From: Candidatus Daviesbacteria bacterium
GTDB lineage: Bacteria > Patescibacteriota > Microgenomatia > Daviesbacterales > UBA10151
Assembly (NCBI GenBank): GCA_016176335.1
Contig: JACOXI010000003.1
Span: forward strand, 6,920-70,919
DNA length: 64,000 nt
Direction of reading: 5' to 3'
In this document: positions 45,489-54,579 of the stretch, piece after piece
How the letters are laid out: the number at the start of each line of letters is the position of its first letter
Position numbering within the stretch: position 1 is the first letter of the stretch
Notes under the pieces: generated by a model
Databases searched by the model: none
The model's input: only the letters and a program-made list of their open reading frames with translations
What the model was told of the DNA's origin: nothing
Translations under genes and position numbers: made by a program

Positions 45489-46385
45489 TTATTCTACACT
45501 CTTTTGACACTTTGGGCAAAAGTATGTGCCGCGGTTTCCAAGTTGTATCTTTCTGATATTTGTTTTGCATACCTTACATTTGTGTCTGTCTCTGCCATAA
45601 ACGTATGCATAGTCTAAAAAATAGCCTTTATGGCCTTCTGCATCCACAAAATGAGCCTTGGTTGATCCACCGTGCTTTATCCCATCATTTAATGACTGCA
45701 CGATACCATGGTGTAGTTTTTTAATTTGCTCATCAGACAGTTGGGAAACTTTAGTTCTCGGGTCAATTCCAGCATCAAAACAGCCCTCATTAGCATAGAT
45801 ATTGCCTACTCCGGAAACTACACTCTGATCCATAATTGCCACCTTAACAGGCATGCTTTGGTGTTTTAGAAGATTATTTTTTAAAACTGCCCAGGTAAAA
45901 TCCTTTGCCAACGGCTCTGGCCCCAAACTATTTAAGGATTTGTCAATTGTCAATTGTCCATTGTCAATTACTCTTACCCACCCAAACCTCCTTTGGTCAT
46001 TAAAATATAAATGTGAACCATCAGAAAAGCTAAAGATAACTCTAGTATGGTTATTCGGTAATGGTCCAACCATATCTTCAGTGGGATGACCACCAATAAA
46101 TCTTCCCCCTTTACCCTTTCCGCTTTCCCCTTTCCATACCAATTGACCAGTCATCTTCAGGTGAAAAAGTAATGATATCCGATAATCGATATCCGATATA
46201 CCTCCTAAATCTATCCCTAGATATTTAGCTTTTCTCCAAACATTGAACACTTTTTTACCCTGAACTAAATTTGGATTTCCAATGAAAGATTTAGAAGAAA
46301 GTATTTGGATTTTGATAATTTTTAATCCAATTATCCTTTTTTGTAATCCATTTTTAATGGTTTCTACTTCTGGCAACTCCGGCAT
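45489..46385 (-). CDS. fpg: Formamidopyrimidine-DNA glycosylase; carries two or three in-frame repeat inserts
   Basis: 'MPELPEVETI' is the N-terminal catalytic Pro2/Glu3. The C-terminus has a CxxC...CxxC zinc finger. The inserts are 'VIDNGQLTIDKSLN', 'WKGESGKGKGGRFIGG' and the tandem 'GISDIDYRIS'. Confidence 0.85.
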   Translation of the reverse strand: MPELPEVETIKNGLQKRIIGLKIIKIQILSSKSFIGNPNLVQGKKVFNVWRKAKYLGIDLGGISDIDYRISLLFHLKMTGQLVWKGESGKGKGGRFIGGHPTEDMVGPLPNNHTRVIFSFSDGSHLYFNDQRRFGWVRVIDNGQLTIDKSLNSLGPEPLAKDFTWAVLKNNLLKHQSMPVKVAIMDQSVVSGVGNIYANEGCFDAGIDPRTKVSQLSDEQIKKLHHGIVQSLNDGIKHGGSTKAHFVDAEGHKGYFLDYAYVYGRDRHKCKVCKTNIRKIQLGNRGTYFCPKCQKSVE

Positions 46386-46397
46386 GCGATTATTTTA

Positions 46398-47261
46398 CTA
46401 CACACTAAATATAGACAGCAGCACAATACCAATTAAGGTAGTAACAATTCCTGCAATTTGTTGTCTGGTAATAGGGTCTTTAAAGATTAAAAAGGCTAAA
46501 ATAACAAATAAGGTGGGATTTGCTCCTGCAATAGGGGCAACTACTGTAACCAGTCCCTTGCTGATCCCAAGATTGTAACTTAACTCTGCCATACGAACTA
46601 AAACTGTAGCAACAATAAGAAAAATTAAAGCATTATTTTTAGTTGGTGCCTCAAGTTTTATTTTTCTAAACCTCATATAAAGGTAAAATACGGGAAAGAT
46701 CAAAAAAGTAATATAATTTGGCCAAAACCAGCCAATTTCTTTGACTGGAATCTTAATAAACGCAAAATATAATCCCCAAGTAAACATAGTGAGGGTTGCA
46801 AACAGTATTCCTTTGTTCATTAAAGACTTATTTTTGATCTTTGTCAGATTAAATACAGATAAAAATAAACCTAAAAAAATAATTGCTATTGCCGCTCCTT
46901 GCTGAGCGGATATTTTTTCATTCAGGAAAAGCACTGACAAAATAACTGTCACTGCCGGAAATGATGAGGCTATAGCTCCTACAAGAGCACGATTTGATAT
47001 TTTTAAGGCCTCATAATAAAACACAGTTCCAAAGGAAATACCAACAAATGATATGAAAAGTATGAGAATTAAAAGTTCCCAAGTCAGGTTTTTAAGGTCT
47101 CCTATTGAAAAAGGAGTGTAAAAGCTAAGAATAAGTGTGGTTATTATGTATCCCCAAATTACCAGTGAGAATGAATTTAGTTTTCTGGCAACAATTGCCT
47201 CAAAAAATACTCCTGTCCCCCAAGAAAAATATGAAATTAAGGCAAAAATGATGGCTTCCAT
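46398..47261 (-). CDS. EamA/DMT-family transporter
   Basis: It has 10 TM helices in two EamA-like halves. Confidence 0.75.
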   Translation of the reverse strand: MEAIIFALISYFSWGTGVFFEAIVARKLNSFSLVIWGYIITTLILSFYTPFSIGDLKNLTWELLILILFISFVGISFGTVFYYEALKISNRALVGAIASSFPAVTVILSVLFLNEKISAQQGAAIAIIFLGLFLSVFNLTKIKNKSLMNKGILFATLTMFTWGLYFAFIKIPVKEIGWFWPNYITFLIFPVFYLYMRFRKIKLEAPTKNNALIFLIVATVLVRMAELSYNLGISKGLVTVVAPIAGANPTLFVILAFLIFKDPITRQQIAGIVTTLIGIVLLSIFSV

Positions 47262-47349
47262 TAAATAACCTTAACAAGCTTTCCGCTTTTTAAAACATGC
47301 CTTAATGTAAAGCCAAACAGGGCAACTGAGAGGGCAAGATAGACCAAAT

Positions 47350-48042
47350 TCAAGAGTAAAGCTGCCAAAATTGTTCTTGCATAAATTGTCCTGTTTGCAA
47401 AACGCCTCTCATGCCCTCAAATACATAAGAGATGGGAATCAAGTAAGCAATTTTTTGAAAAATAGGCGGTAAAATACTAACAGGATAAAATACAGCAGCA
47501 AAAGGTTGGACCAAAAATGGTAAAATCCAAGTTAATGGTCCAATTGAATGACCGAATCTTAAAACTAAAGAAACATTAAAAATGCCAAAAGCAGTGGCAA
47601 AAATAAAAAGATTGAGGGCAAATAGGGCAAGGGCTAGTCCTAAAGAAGTAATTTGGAAATTGTAAAAAATTGAAGCAATAACCCACATAGAAAGGAAAGT
47701 CACCATAATTTTTACTAAACTAACAACAATTAACCCTGTGATATACTCCAAAAAAGTAATTGGGGTGGATAAAACATTAATCAAATTCCTATCCCAAATT
47801 TCAAACATAAAGTCTACTCCAATATTGGTGGAGACTTTTTCAAAAATCACCCACAAAATTACTCCTCCCAAAAGAAAAGCTGCCAATAGAGAAATTTGTA
47901 CAGAAGCCACATACCTACTTAAAAAACCAATTAACAACACCATCAGAACTGGAGAAATCAACATATCAAAAAATCTCTCCAGTTGATGGATTGATAAAAA
48001 GTAATGTCTTAAAATAATTGCCAAAACTCTATTTAAATTCAT
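47350..48042 (-). CDS. ABC-2 type transporter permease
   Basis: It is a 6-TM permease translationally coupled to the ATPase. Confidence 0.7.
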   Translation of the reverse strand: MNLNRVLAIILRHYFLSIHQLERFFDMLISPVLMVLLIGFLSRYVASVQISLLAAFLLGGVILWVIFEKVSTNIGVDFMFEIWDRNLINVLSTPITFLEYITGLIVVSLVKIMVTFLSMWVIASIFYNFQITSLGLALALFALNLFIFATAFGIFNVSLVLRFGHSIGPLTWILPFLVQPFAAVFYPVSILPPIFQKIAYLIPISYVFEGMRGVLQTGQFMQEQFWQLYS

Positions 48043-48790
48043 CTCTTTTGACCCTTGATAATTGTATAAATACCTCTCTTAAATTTGGTTCATCTGATTC
48101 TAACTGCAAAACTTGTTTGGTTAATTCAAGTGGTGACCCTTGAGCAATAATTTTCCCATGTTTAATAAATACTACATGATTTGCTACCTGCTCTATCTCC
48201 CACATGTTGTGTGAGGTGTAAAGGATACTGATCTTTTCCTCTTTTTGAATTTGCTTGATTAAATTAATCCCCTTATCTACAACATCAGGATCCATAGAAG
48301 CCATTGGCTCATCAAGAAGAAGAATCTTTGGTTTATTTAACAATGCTTTCACTAAATTTCCCCTGGCCCTTTGTCCGAAAGATAACTCTCTGATGTGTTT
48401 ATTTTTTAGGTGACTAATTTCAAAAATTTCCAAAAGCTCATCTATTCTTTTGTTAATATTTTTAACCTCATACAATTTTCCAAACACAAATAAACATTCC
48501 CAAAGTTTTAAATTCCAGGGCAGATGAAATTCGGCTGAAGCATAATTTACTTGTTTTAAAATTTCTGATCTTGCTTTTTTAATATCTTTGCCAAAGATAC
48601 TAATTTGCCCAAAATCAGGATCGATTAAGCCTAAAAGACAATAGATAGTGGTGGATTTGCCTGCACCATTTGGACCTAAAAAGCCCAAGATCTTGCCTTC
48701 TCCCAAAGAAAAAGAGATATCATCAATGGCTAAAAAGTCACCAAAACTCTTCCTTAAATTTTTCACCTCTAAAATAATGTTTTGACTCAT
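48029..48790 (-). CDS. ABC transporter ATP-binding protein
   Basis: 'GPNGAGKSTT' is Walker A. 'LSFGQRARGNL' is the signature. 'LLLDEP' is Walker B. Confidence 0.85.
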   Translation of the reverse strand: MSQNIILEVKNLRKSFGDFLAIDDISFSLGEGKILGFLGPNGAGKSTTIYCLLGLIDPDFGQISIFGKDIKKARSEILKQVNYASAEFHLPWNLKLWECLFVFGKLYEVKNINKRIDELLEIFEISHLKNKHIRELSFGQRARGNLVKALLNKPKILLLDEPMASMDPDVVDKGINLIKQIQKEEKISILYTSHNMWEIEQVANHVVFIKHGKIIAQGSPLELTKQVLQLESDEPNLREVFIQLSRVKRDEFK

Positions 48791-48827
48791 AGAAGATTAT
48801 TGTAGTCCAACCGAGGCTGAATTCCAA

Positions 48828-49847
48828 TCAGGAGAGTTTGCCTTGGCGGGCAAGAGAGACTTTTTTTGTAACTTCCAGGAAAGCTTTTTGGGCAGCAGGA
48901 ACATTTTTCTCTTTCCCAGCTCGCCTCGCTCCGCGGGCGGAGCGGGCCCAAATTTCCAAAGCCTCGCCTTGTAAGGCTCTGGCAAAAGAGAAAGATAATT
49001 GCCATGGCCCGCCTATGTTATTTATTGCCTGCAGATTATCTGTTGCCATATCAGCAGACTGACCTCCGGATAAAAATACCACTCCCGGAAGCTCTTTTGG
49101 CACTGATTCCAAAAGCGCATCAACTGTTGCCTTTGCCACCTCATCTGCTGTTGCCTGTTTGGGGTTGTCCTCACCGGCTGTGGCCATATTGGTTTTCAAC
49201 AGCAATCCTTCCAAGGCTACTTTATGAACATTAATCCTTTCAAAAACAGCCTTCAGAGTTTGAGCTGTAACTTGTGCGCACTTTTCCAAAGTGTGAGAAC
49301 CGCCTCTTATTACTTCCGGCTCAATAATTGGTACCAGTCCTGCATTTTGAGTGATGGCTGCATAACGGGCTAAAACCTCTGCATTTGCCTCCAAACAAGT
49401 CTGTGTTGGGATTTCCTCCCCTATGGTTATCACGGCTCTCCATTTGGCAAACTTGGCACCCATTTGGGCATATTCTTCCAACCTTCCTCGCAATCCATCC
49501 AATCCCTCGGTAATTTTTTCTGCCGGAAAATTAGCAAAATCTACCACTCCTTTATCCACTTTTATTCCAGGGATAATTCCTTTATTTTCCAGATATTTTG
49601 GCACAGATACTCCCTCAATCTCCTGTCTGATTGTTTCATCATAGAGGATTACTCCTGATAGAAATTGTTCCACCCCGGGAGTAGTAAAAAGCATGCTTCT
49701 GTAAGCTAAATTGGTTTGGGGGGTTGAGGTTAAGCCAATCTTATCAAACCTTTTTTGGATGGTTTTGGATGACTCATCAGCTGCCAGAATACCTTTGGTT
49801 GGATTAAGTAAAGCAGAAACTGTTTGTTTTAATTGGTTAATATCCAT
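48828..49847 (-). CDS. fba: Fructose-bisphosphate aldolase, class I; C-terminal in-frame GC-rich insert
   Basis: 'GILAADESSKTIQKRFDKIGL' is the class I FBA N-terminus. The insert is 'ARSARGARRAGKEKN'. Confidence 0.8.
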   Translation of the reverse strand: MDINQLKQTVSALLNPTKGILAADESSKTIQKRFDKIGLTSTPQTNLAYRSMLFTTPGVEQFLSGVILYDETIRQEIEGVSVPKYLENKGIIPGIKVDKGVVDFANFPAEKITEGLDGLRGRLEEYAQMGAKFAKWRAVITIGEEIPTQTCLEANAEVLARYAAITQNAGLVPIIEPEVIRGGSHTLEKCAQVTAQTLKAVFERINVHKVALEGLLLKTNMATAGEDNPKQATADEVAKATVDALLESVPKELPGVVFLSGGQSADMATDNLQAINNIGGPWQLSFSFARALQGEALEIWARSARGARRAGKEKNVPAAQKAFLEVTKKVSLARQGKLS

Positions 49848-50935
49848 TAATGATGTAATCGCTTTTCTATCTTTACACCACTCTGATCTACAGTCAAGGT
49901 AGTAACTTCATGCCCCCCTATAGTCCTGAGCGAAGTCGTACTTCGATTCCACTCAGTACGACCTCTTCGAGCCTGAGCGGCCTCAGAGCCGAAGGCCTGA
50001 GTATTAATCGAATGGGTCGAAGGATTTACCCTTACCCCTTTTAAATCAAACCATTTATCGTGAGTTATGGCAGAAATTGACACCAAACAATCTTCTACTT
50101 TTCCGGAAACCACATCACAAACATCCCAAATTTTTGTATATCTTTTGGCAATCCGGCTATCGCCGGACCAACCTCTTGTTTCACAAGCAGCTCCCAGTGC
50201 TTTTGCGGCAACAACTGCCATCACTCCTTCCTCAAATCCTCCAATACCCATGAGAATATGGATGCCTTTTTGATGGTTTTTGGGGGCCATGCACGATAAA
50301 ATTGAGGGCATAAAATCTCCGGCCTTAATTAAAATCAAATTCACTCCAAACTTTTGGCAACCATTTATATAGTGAGCATTTCTGTCCCTATCCATCGCCA
50401 CCACATTAATCTGGTGAGGCTCCACCTTAAATGTGTCCGCCACCTTTGCCAGATTTTCTTCCACGCTTTTGTTAAGAGAAATTTTCCCTTTGAGTTGAGG
50501 CGGGCCAAAAAGTTTGTCCATATAATCAATATCTGAAGGTGTTCCCATCAGGCCATTTTCTGACCCAACTGCAATCACAGAAACAGCTCCCGCAGAATTA
50601 AGTTTGGCAGCTTTTGAACCCTCAACAACATCATTTACGCAGTCTAGTTTTAAATCCCCCTTACCAAACACCCCTTCCAAAGTAGGCAATTTTTCTCCGT
50701 ATTGGTGGATATGTTTCCTTCCCTCACTGCCTACCACCCTTAAAACAAATTGTACATCCACCAAAGCTGTATACATGGCATCTGCACCTGCTTGATCAAT
50801 TAACCTTTCTCTTTTGATAGATTCCTCTTCAGTTAAAAGATCATCTTTGGAAAATCCTTGTTCATAAATAAGTTTGGAAACTGAAATTGCAGTTAATTCT
50901 GTGGCACGGGTGATGTATTTTTTAACCTGATCCAT
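49847..50935 (-). CDS. glpX: Fructose-1,6-bisphosphatase class II (GlpX-type); carries a ~120-bp in-frame insert
   Basis: It is GlpX-like ('GIGGFEEGVMAVVAAKALG'). The insert 'STHSINTQAFGSEAAQARRGRTEWNRSTTSLRTIGG' lies at 49915-50035. Confidence 0.7.
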   Translation of the reverse strand: MDQVKKYITRATELTAISVSKLIYEQGFSKDDLLTEEESIKRERLIDQAGADAMYTALVDVQFVLRVVGSEGRKHIHQYGEKLPTLEGVFGKGDLKLDCVNDVVEGSKAAKLNSAGAVSVIAVGSENGLMGTPSDIDYMDKLFGPPQLKGKISLNKSVEENLAKVADTFKVEPHQINVVAMDRDRNAHYINGCQKFGVNLILIKAGDFMPSILSCMAPKNHQKGIHILMGIGGFEEGVMAVVAAKALGAACETRGWSGDSRIAKRYTKIWDVCDVVSGKVEDCLVSISAITHDKWFDLKGVRVNPSTHSINTQAFGSEAAQARRGRTEWNRSTTSLRTIGGHEVTTLTVDQSGVKIEKRLHH

Positions 50936-51068
50936 GAGGTGAGACTACACTATCTTAACTCTTATTTTTTGTCAAACACAAATTCTTCGTGTATGGTGTC
51001 CAGGACGCTGTCTTAGAGTATAGTTTCAATGGAAAAGTTTTGACAACAGGTTAAAAGAATTTGTCAAT

Positions 51069-51809
51069 TTACATAGTTTTTGGAGAAGAGGAAGGTGGTT
51101 CAGTTTTTCGGCTGGCTCTTTCCATAATTTGGTTAGCAAATGCCTCTGAATCCCCTAATGGTTGTTCAAAACCCGTTATTCCAGCTTGAAAGTGGAACCA
51201 ACCTACTAATGTTTGTCTGGTTATTCTTTGTAGCTCTTTCTCTGGCACTACTCTTGGTTTTTTCAAAACCTCATACATTACCTGACCTTGGGCATTTTCT
51301 TCCCGCGCACCATGAAAATCTCTACGGTTTAAAACTGGAGTCATTTTAGCTAAAAATAAAAGCGGTATTAAATCGTTCCCAGCCCAGCCTGCTGCTGGTT
51401 GTTCACCAGAAGACGGGGCCAACCCACTGAGTGCTAATAATTTCATTATTACTCCTTCTCTAACTCTACCCCTAACACCTTCGAATTCTTCCCAAGCTCT
51501 TTTGATGTCTTCAGGAGGGTTTTCTGTTACCTGTAATAAAGCTACATCTAATCTTTTCTCAGCTTCTTGTAATGGTTGTGAATACTCTCTAGTTAATCTG
51601 TCCGATTCATTATCATTCCTCTCTTCTACAAGTTTACTGTATTTCGCTACTCCCCTGCCCAAATCTTCCATTATATGAGGTAGCTCTGCCATATCAGCAA
51701 TTTTTTCAGCTTGCGCTTGAGCCACAGATTTACCTTCAGCAATTCTTCTTGCTTCTTCAATTATATTTAGTCCACTGTCACCTTGAGGTTGATCTTCTTC
51801 TCCAGCCAT
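51069..51809 (-). CDS. Hypothetical protein (acidic, Glu/Arg-rich)
   Basis: It is 246 aa with no motifs. It is paired with an upstream XRE HTH gene. Confidence 0.3.
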   Translation of the reverse strand: MAGEEDQPQGDSGLNIIEEARRIAEGKSVAQAQAEKIADMAELPHIMEDLGRGVAKYSKLVEERNDNESDRLTREYSQPLQEAEKRLDVALLQVTENPPEDIKRAWEEFEGVRGRVREGVIMKLLALSGLAPSSGEQPAAGWAGNDLIPLLFLAKMTPVLNRRDFHGAREENAQGQVMYEVLKKPRVVPEKELQRITRQTLVGWFHFQAGITGFEQPLGDSEAFANQIMERASRKTEPPSSSPKTM

Positions 51810-51855
51810 AATTATGTACTAATCCATTATGGGATACTAGAACAGGGATGTCAAA

Positions 51856-52224
51856 TTATATGTGGGCTGGTTTTGATGAATCTAGGGGTACAATCCTTAT
51901 TTCCAGCCTGGCTTTTAAGGCTTTGGTAATTTTTTCCAGAGTCTTCCAGGTATAACTTGTATAATCTGCAGACTCAATCCTGGCGATATTGGATTGCTTG
52001 GTGTGGATCAGTTTTGCCAGCTGAGTCTGGGTTAATCCAGCTTTTTTTCTAAGATCATAGACCTGAAAAGCAATATCCCAAGCTTGATCTGCCTTTTCAA
52101 ACTCCTCCTTTAAGGAAGGATTTTTTTTAAGTAGTTTCTCTGTCAGTCTATCTAAATCATCTTTTTTTCTTCTCATATTAACTCTCCCCTCTTTCCAACT
52201 CTTCCAAATAAAAAATAATCTCAA
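51856..52224 (-). CDS. XRE-family helix-turn-helix transcriptional regulator
   Basis: 'LRKKAGLTQTQLAKLIHTKQSNIARIES' is an HTH_XRE motif. Confidence 0.6.
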   Translation of the reverse strand: MRLFFIWKSWKEGRVNMRRKKDDLDRLTEKLLKKNPSLKEEFEKADQAWDIAFQVYDLRKKAGLTQTQLAKLIHTKQSNIARIESADYTSYTWKTLEKITKALKARLEIRIVPLDSSKPAHI

Positions 52225-52236
52225 AATCCATTTTAA

Positions 52237-53466
52237 TTATATCAAATTTGATATATTAGTCAAGTGGAGGATTTTCTTTTTAAATCTCTCTTTAGAAAAA
52301 TTTTGGGCATTTTTTCGCAAAGTTTCTGGATCAAACTGGCTTGGATCAAATTTTTGTAGAGCATCTACTAAAGCATCCACAGTTACCATCCCTGGCCCAC
52401 CATATAAAATACCAGTTGCCACTCGTCCTGAGCTCTTCGAGTCTGAGCCTGAGGGTTCATCCCTCAGAGTCGAATGACCTGTCGAAGGATCAATAACTGT
52501 TTCCAAAAAACCACCCGAAGCAGGAGCAATCACCGGAGTACCGGCAGCTTGAGCCTCAATTGAGGTGATGCCAAAATCCTCATCCTCTGCTGCCACAATT
52601 AGAGCCTTGGCATTTTGCAACAGCTTAACTCTTTCTTCATCACTCACCCATCCTAAGAAGGTGGTAGTTGGTAGGCCTTCAGCTCTGAGGCTCAGGCTCG
52701 AAGAGTTGTAGGTTGTAGCAAGCTTTTTAAGATTTTCCATCTCCGGGCCACTGCCTGCCACTTTTAATGGTAATCGCAATCTTCCACATGCTTCCACTAC
52801 CACATCTACTCCTTTCCCTCTTACTAATCTGCTTAATACTAAAAAGTAATCTTTTTCCCCTTTATACTTTATACTTGATACTTGATACTCTTTCAGATTC
52901 ACTGGCGGATAAATCACCACTGAGTCTCTTCTGTAGAACTTCTTGATCCTTGCCTGGACATTTTTGGAATTGGCCACCAAAATATCAGGGCGTTGCGAAA
53001 CTTCATAATCATAAATCCTCATAAAATGGTTAATTATCTCTCCTCCGATCCTAGTCCACCAATGCTTTTTATAGTTAAAAGAAGTCACATAGCCATATAA
53101 AAATCTGGGTGGGGTATGGATATAGCTGATATGTAAAGTTTCAGGTTTGGTAATGACCGCTTTGGCAAGATGGGTGGCTGATGAGGAAGAGATAACCACC
53201 TCATACTGTGATAAATCAAAGCTTTCAAACATCAACGGCCCAAAAATTCTAAAAGGAGAAAGAAGCTGATCAGCAAACGGGAATTTTTGAAACCAAGAAG
53301 GTCTAATATCCCAATCTTTGAATCTTTTCCCATTCTCCCCCATGGCAGAAAGATTCACATAAGCAGTATAGACAGGAGCATTGGGAAAAATTTCATGCAA
53401 GGCTTCCAGTACTCTCTCAGCACCCCCATATTCCTTCAAATAATCATGAGCTAAAGCAACTTTCAC
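52237..53466 (-). CDS. Glycosyltransferase family 4; carries two inverted copies of a GC-rich in-frame insert
   Basis: It has a GT4 fold ('EDFGITSIEAQAAGTPVIA'). The inserts 'DEPSGSDSKSSGRVATG' and 'SSSLSLRAEGLP' come from 'ctcttcgag.ctgagcctgag' motifs at 52425-52495 and 52672-52722. Confidence 0.8.
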   Translation of the reverse strand: MKVALAHDYLKEYGGAERVLEALHEIFPNAPVYTAYVNLSAMGENGKRFKDWDIRPSWFQKFPFADQLLSPFRIFGPLMFESFDLSQYEVVISSSSATHLAKAVITKPETLHISYIHTPPRFLYGYVTSFNYKKHWWTRIGGEIINHFMRIYDYEVSQRPDILVANSKNVQARIKKFYRRDSVVIYPPVNLKEYQVSSIKYKGEKDYFLVLSRLVRGKGVDVVVEACGRLRLPLKVAGSGPEMENLKKLATTYNSSSLSLRAEGLPTTTFLGWVSDEERVKLLQNAKALIVAAEDEDFGITSIEAQAAGTPVIAPASGGFLETVIDPSTGHSTLRDEPSGSDSKSSGRVATGILYGGPGMVTVDALVDALQKFDPSQFDPETLRKNAQNFSKERFKKKILHLTNISNLI

Positions 53467-53487
53467 CCTTAAATTGTAGCAGATTGG

Positions 53488-53655
53488 CTATTTGTTTTGC
53501 CCAACTTGTTTTTTAAGTAGCTCTAGAGTATTTTTTTTAGCTTCTTCAATGCTTTGGCCAGAGGCTTTGGAAGCTTCATCAAAAGTTTTATTGGTGATAT
53601 TTTTGGGATTTCCCATATCATCATCAGGCATTCCACAACCGCAGTTGTAACACAT
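53488..53655 (-). CDS. Small Cys-rich protein (CxxCxC N-terminus), 55 aa, not in the ORF track
   Basis: The ATG sits 8 nt after a strong SD 'aaaggaggtg'. The protein is 'MCYNCGCGMPDDDMGNPKNITNKTFDEASKASGQSIEEAKKNTLELLKKQVGQNK'. Confidence 0.4.
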   Translation of the reverse strand: MCYNCGCGMPDDDMGNPKNITNKTFDEASKASGQSIEEAKKNTLELLKKQVGQNK

Positions 53656-53678
53656 AAATTAACACCTCCTTTCAAATA

Positions 53679-54488
53679 TCAGACTGCTTTGGCTACCTTT
53701 ATCAATTGCCCAAAGCTTAATTTTGTTTGTCTTGCGTCAGGAGCTGCGGATGAGCCACAAAGTACCATATGATGGGATTGGTGTAAATACCAGGAAGCAG
53801 CAGGATCAATCTCTTTGGCCTTTTCATAGATTGGAGTTAAATCCAAAGTTTGGGATGGAGTGAAATATTGAACTGATTTGTATTTGGGATGGTAGATTAA
53901 AAACAAATCTCCACCCATCCTTTTGCAAAAAGGTCTGTCTATTGTTTCTGAATTTAGCGCGTAAGATTTGCCGAATTTGGATTCAAACTCAATCCTTCCT
54001 TCCCAATCCTTAATAGACTGTTGTTTCTTTTGCAATCCCTTCAAAATCCTATCTAAAATATCAGTACCCAAAATAACATCTTTTAAAGAACCCCTTTCTG
54101 TTGTATCTTTGCTTCTTATGAATGCCGGAACAGAAAATTCATCATATGCTTCAATTGGAATTGTTCCCGTATCAATTTTTTTATTCCAGTCCACCATTTC
54201 TGCCAAAGCCGGAGCAGTGATCTCATCCTTGGGCAGTAAATTTTCTTTTTTAAGATAGTCAAAAACCAGGCTGCCTGCGCAAGTGTTTAAACCTTCTTTG
54301 TGCTCATCAAACTTTCCCCCGCCTGTTCCCACAAAAACCCGGTCCTCTGTCTCCTGATCCGCCAGATTATGGGTAGCGGAAATAAATTCAATTTTTGCGC
54401 CAGCATATTTGGGATCATATTTTTTCAAAAGCCAAATGGCAAAAATATCATCCAAATGCGGGTTGATGTGTGTGACTAAGTTTTTCAT
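53679..54488 (-). CDS. MYG1/UPF0160-like metal-dependent hydrolase
   Basis: 'THINPHLDDIFAIW' resembles the MYG1 'THNGTFHCDEALA'. 'GGGKFDEHKEG' resembles 'YDHHQ'. Confidence 0.5.
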   Translation of the reverse strand: MKNLVTHINPHLDDIFAIWLLKKYDPKYAGAKIEFISATHNLADQETEDRVFVGTGGGKFDEHKEGLNTCAGSLVFDYLKKENLLPKDEITAPALAEMVDWNKKIDTGTIPIEAYDEFSVPAFIRSKDTTERGSLKDVILGTDILDRILKGLQKKQQSIKDWEGRIEFESKFGKSYALNSETIDRPFCKRMGGDLFLIYHPKYKSVQYFTPSQTLDLTPIYEKAKEIDPAASWYLHQSHHMVLCGSSAAPDARQTKLSFGQLIKVAKAV

Positions 54489-54579
54489 AACAAGTGATTT
54501 ATGAACAATGATTTAAGATTATGAATTTTATCATAAATACAATCTTCTAAATCATAGATCAATTCTGTACTATGATAGT

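Noticed and set aside
48787-49062. Overlapping ORFs (48787..49005, 48797..48985, 48838..49062) at the 3' end of the aldolase gene
   Set aside because: They are generated by the GC-rich in-frame insert, which creates spurious open frames. The aldolase reading frame is the supported one.
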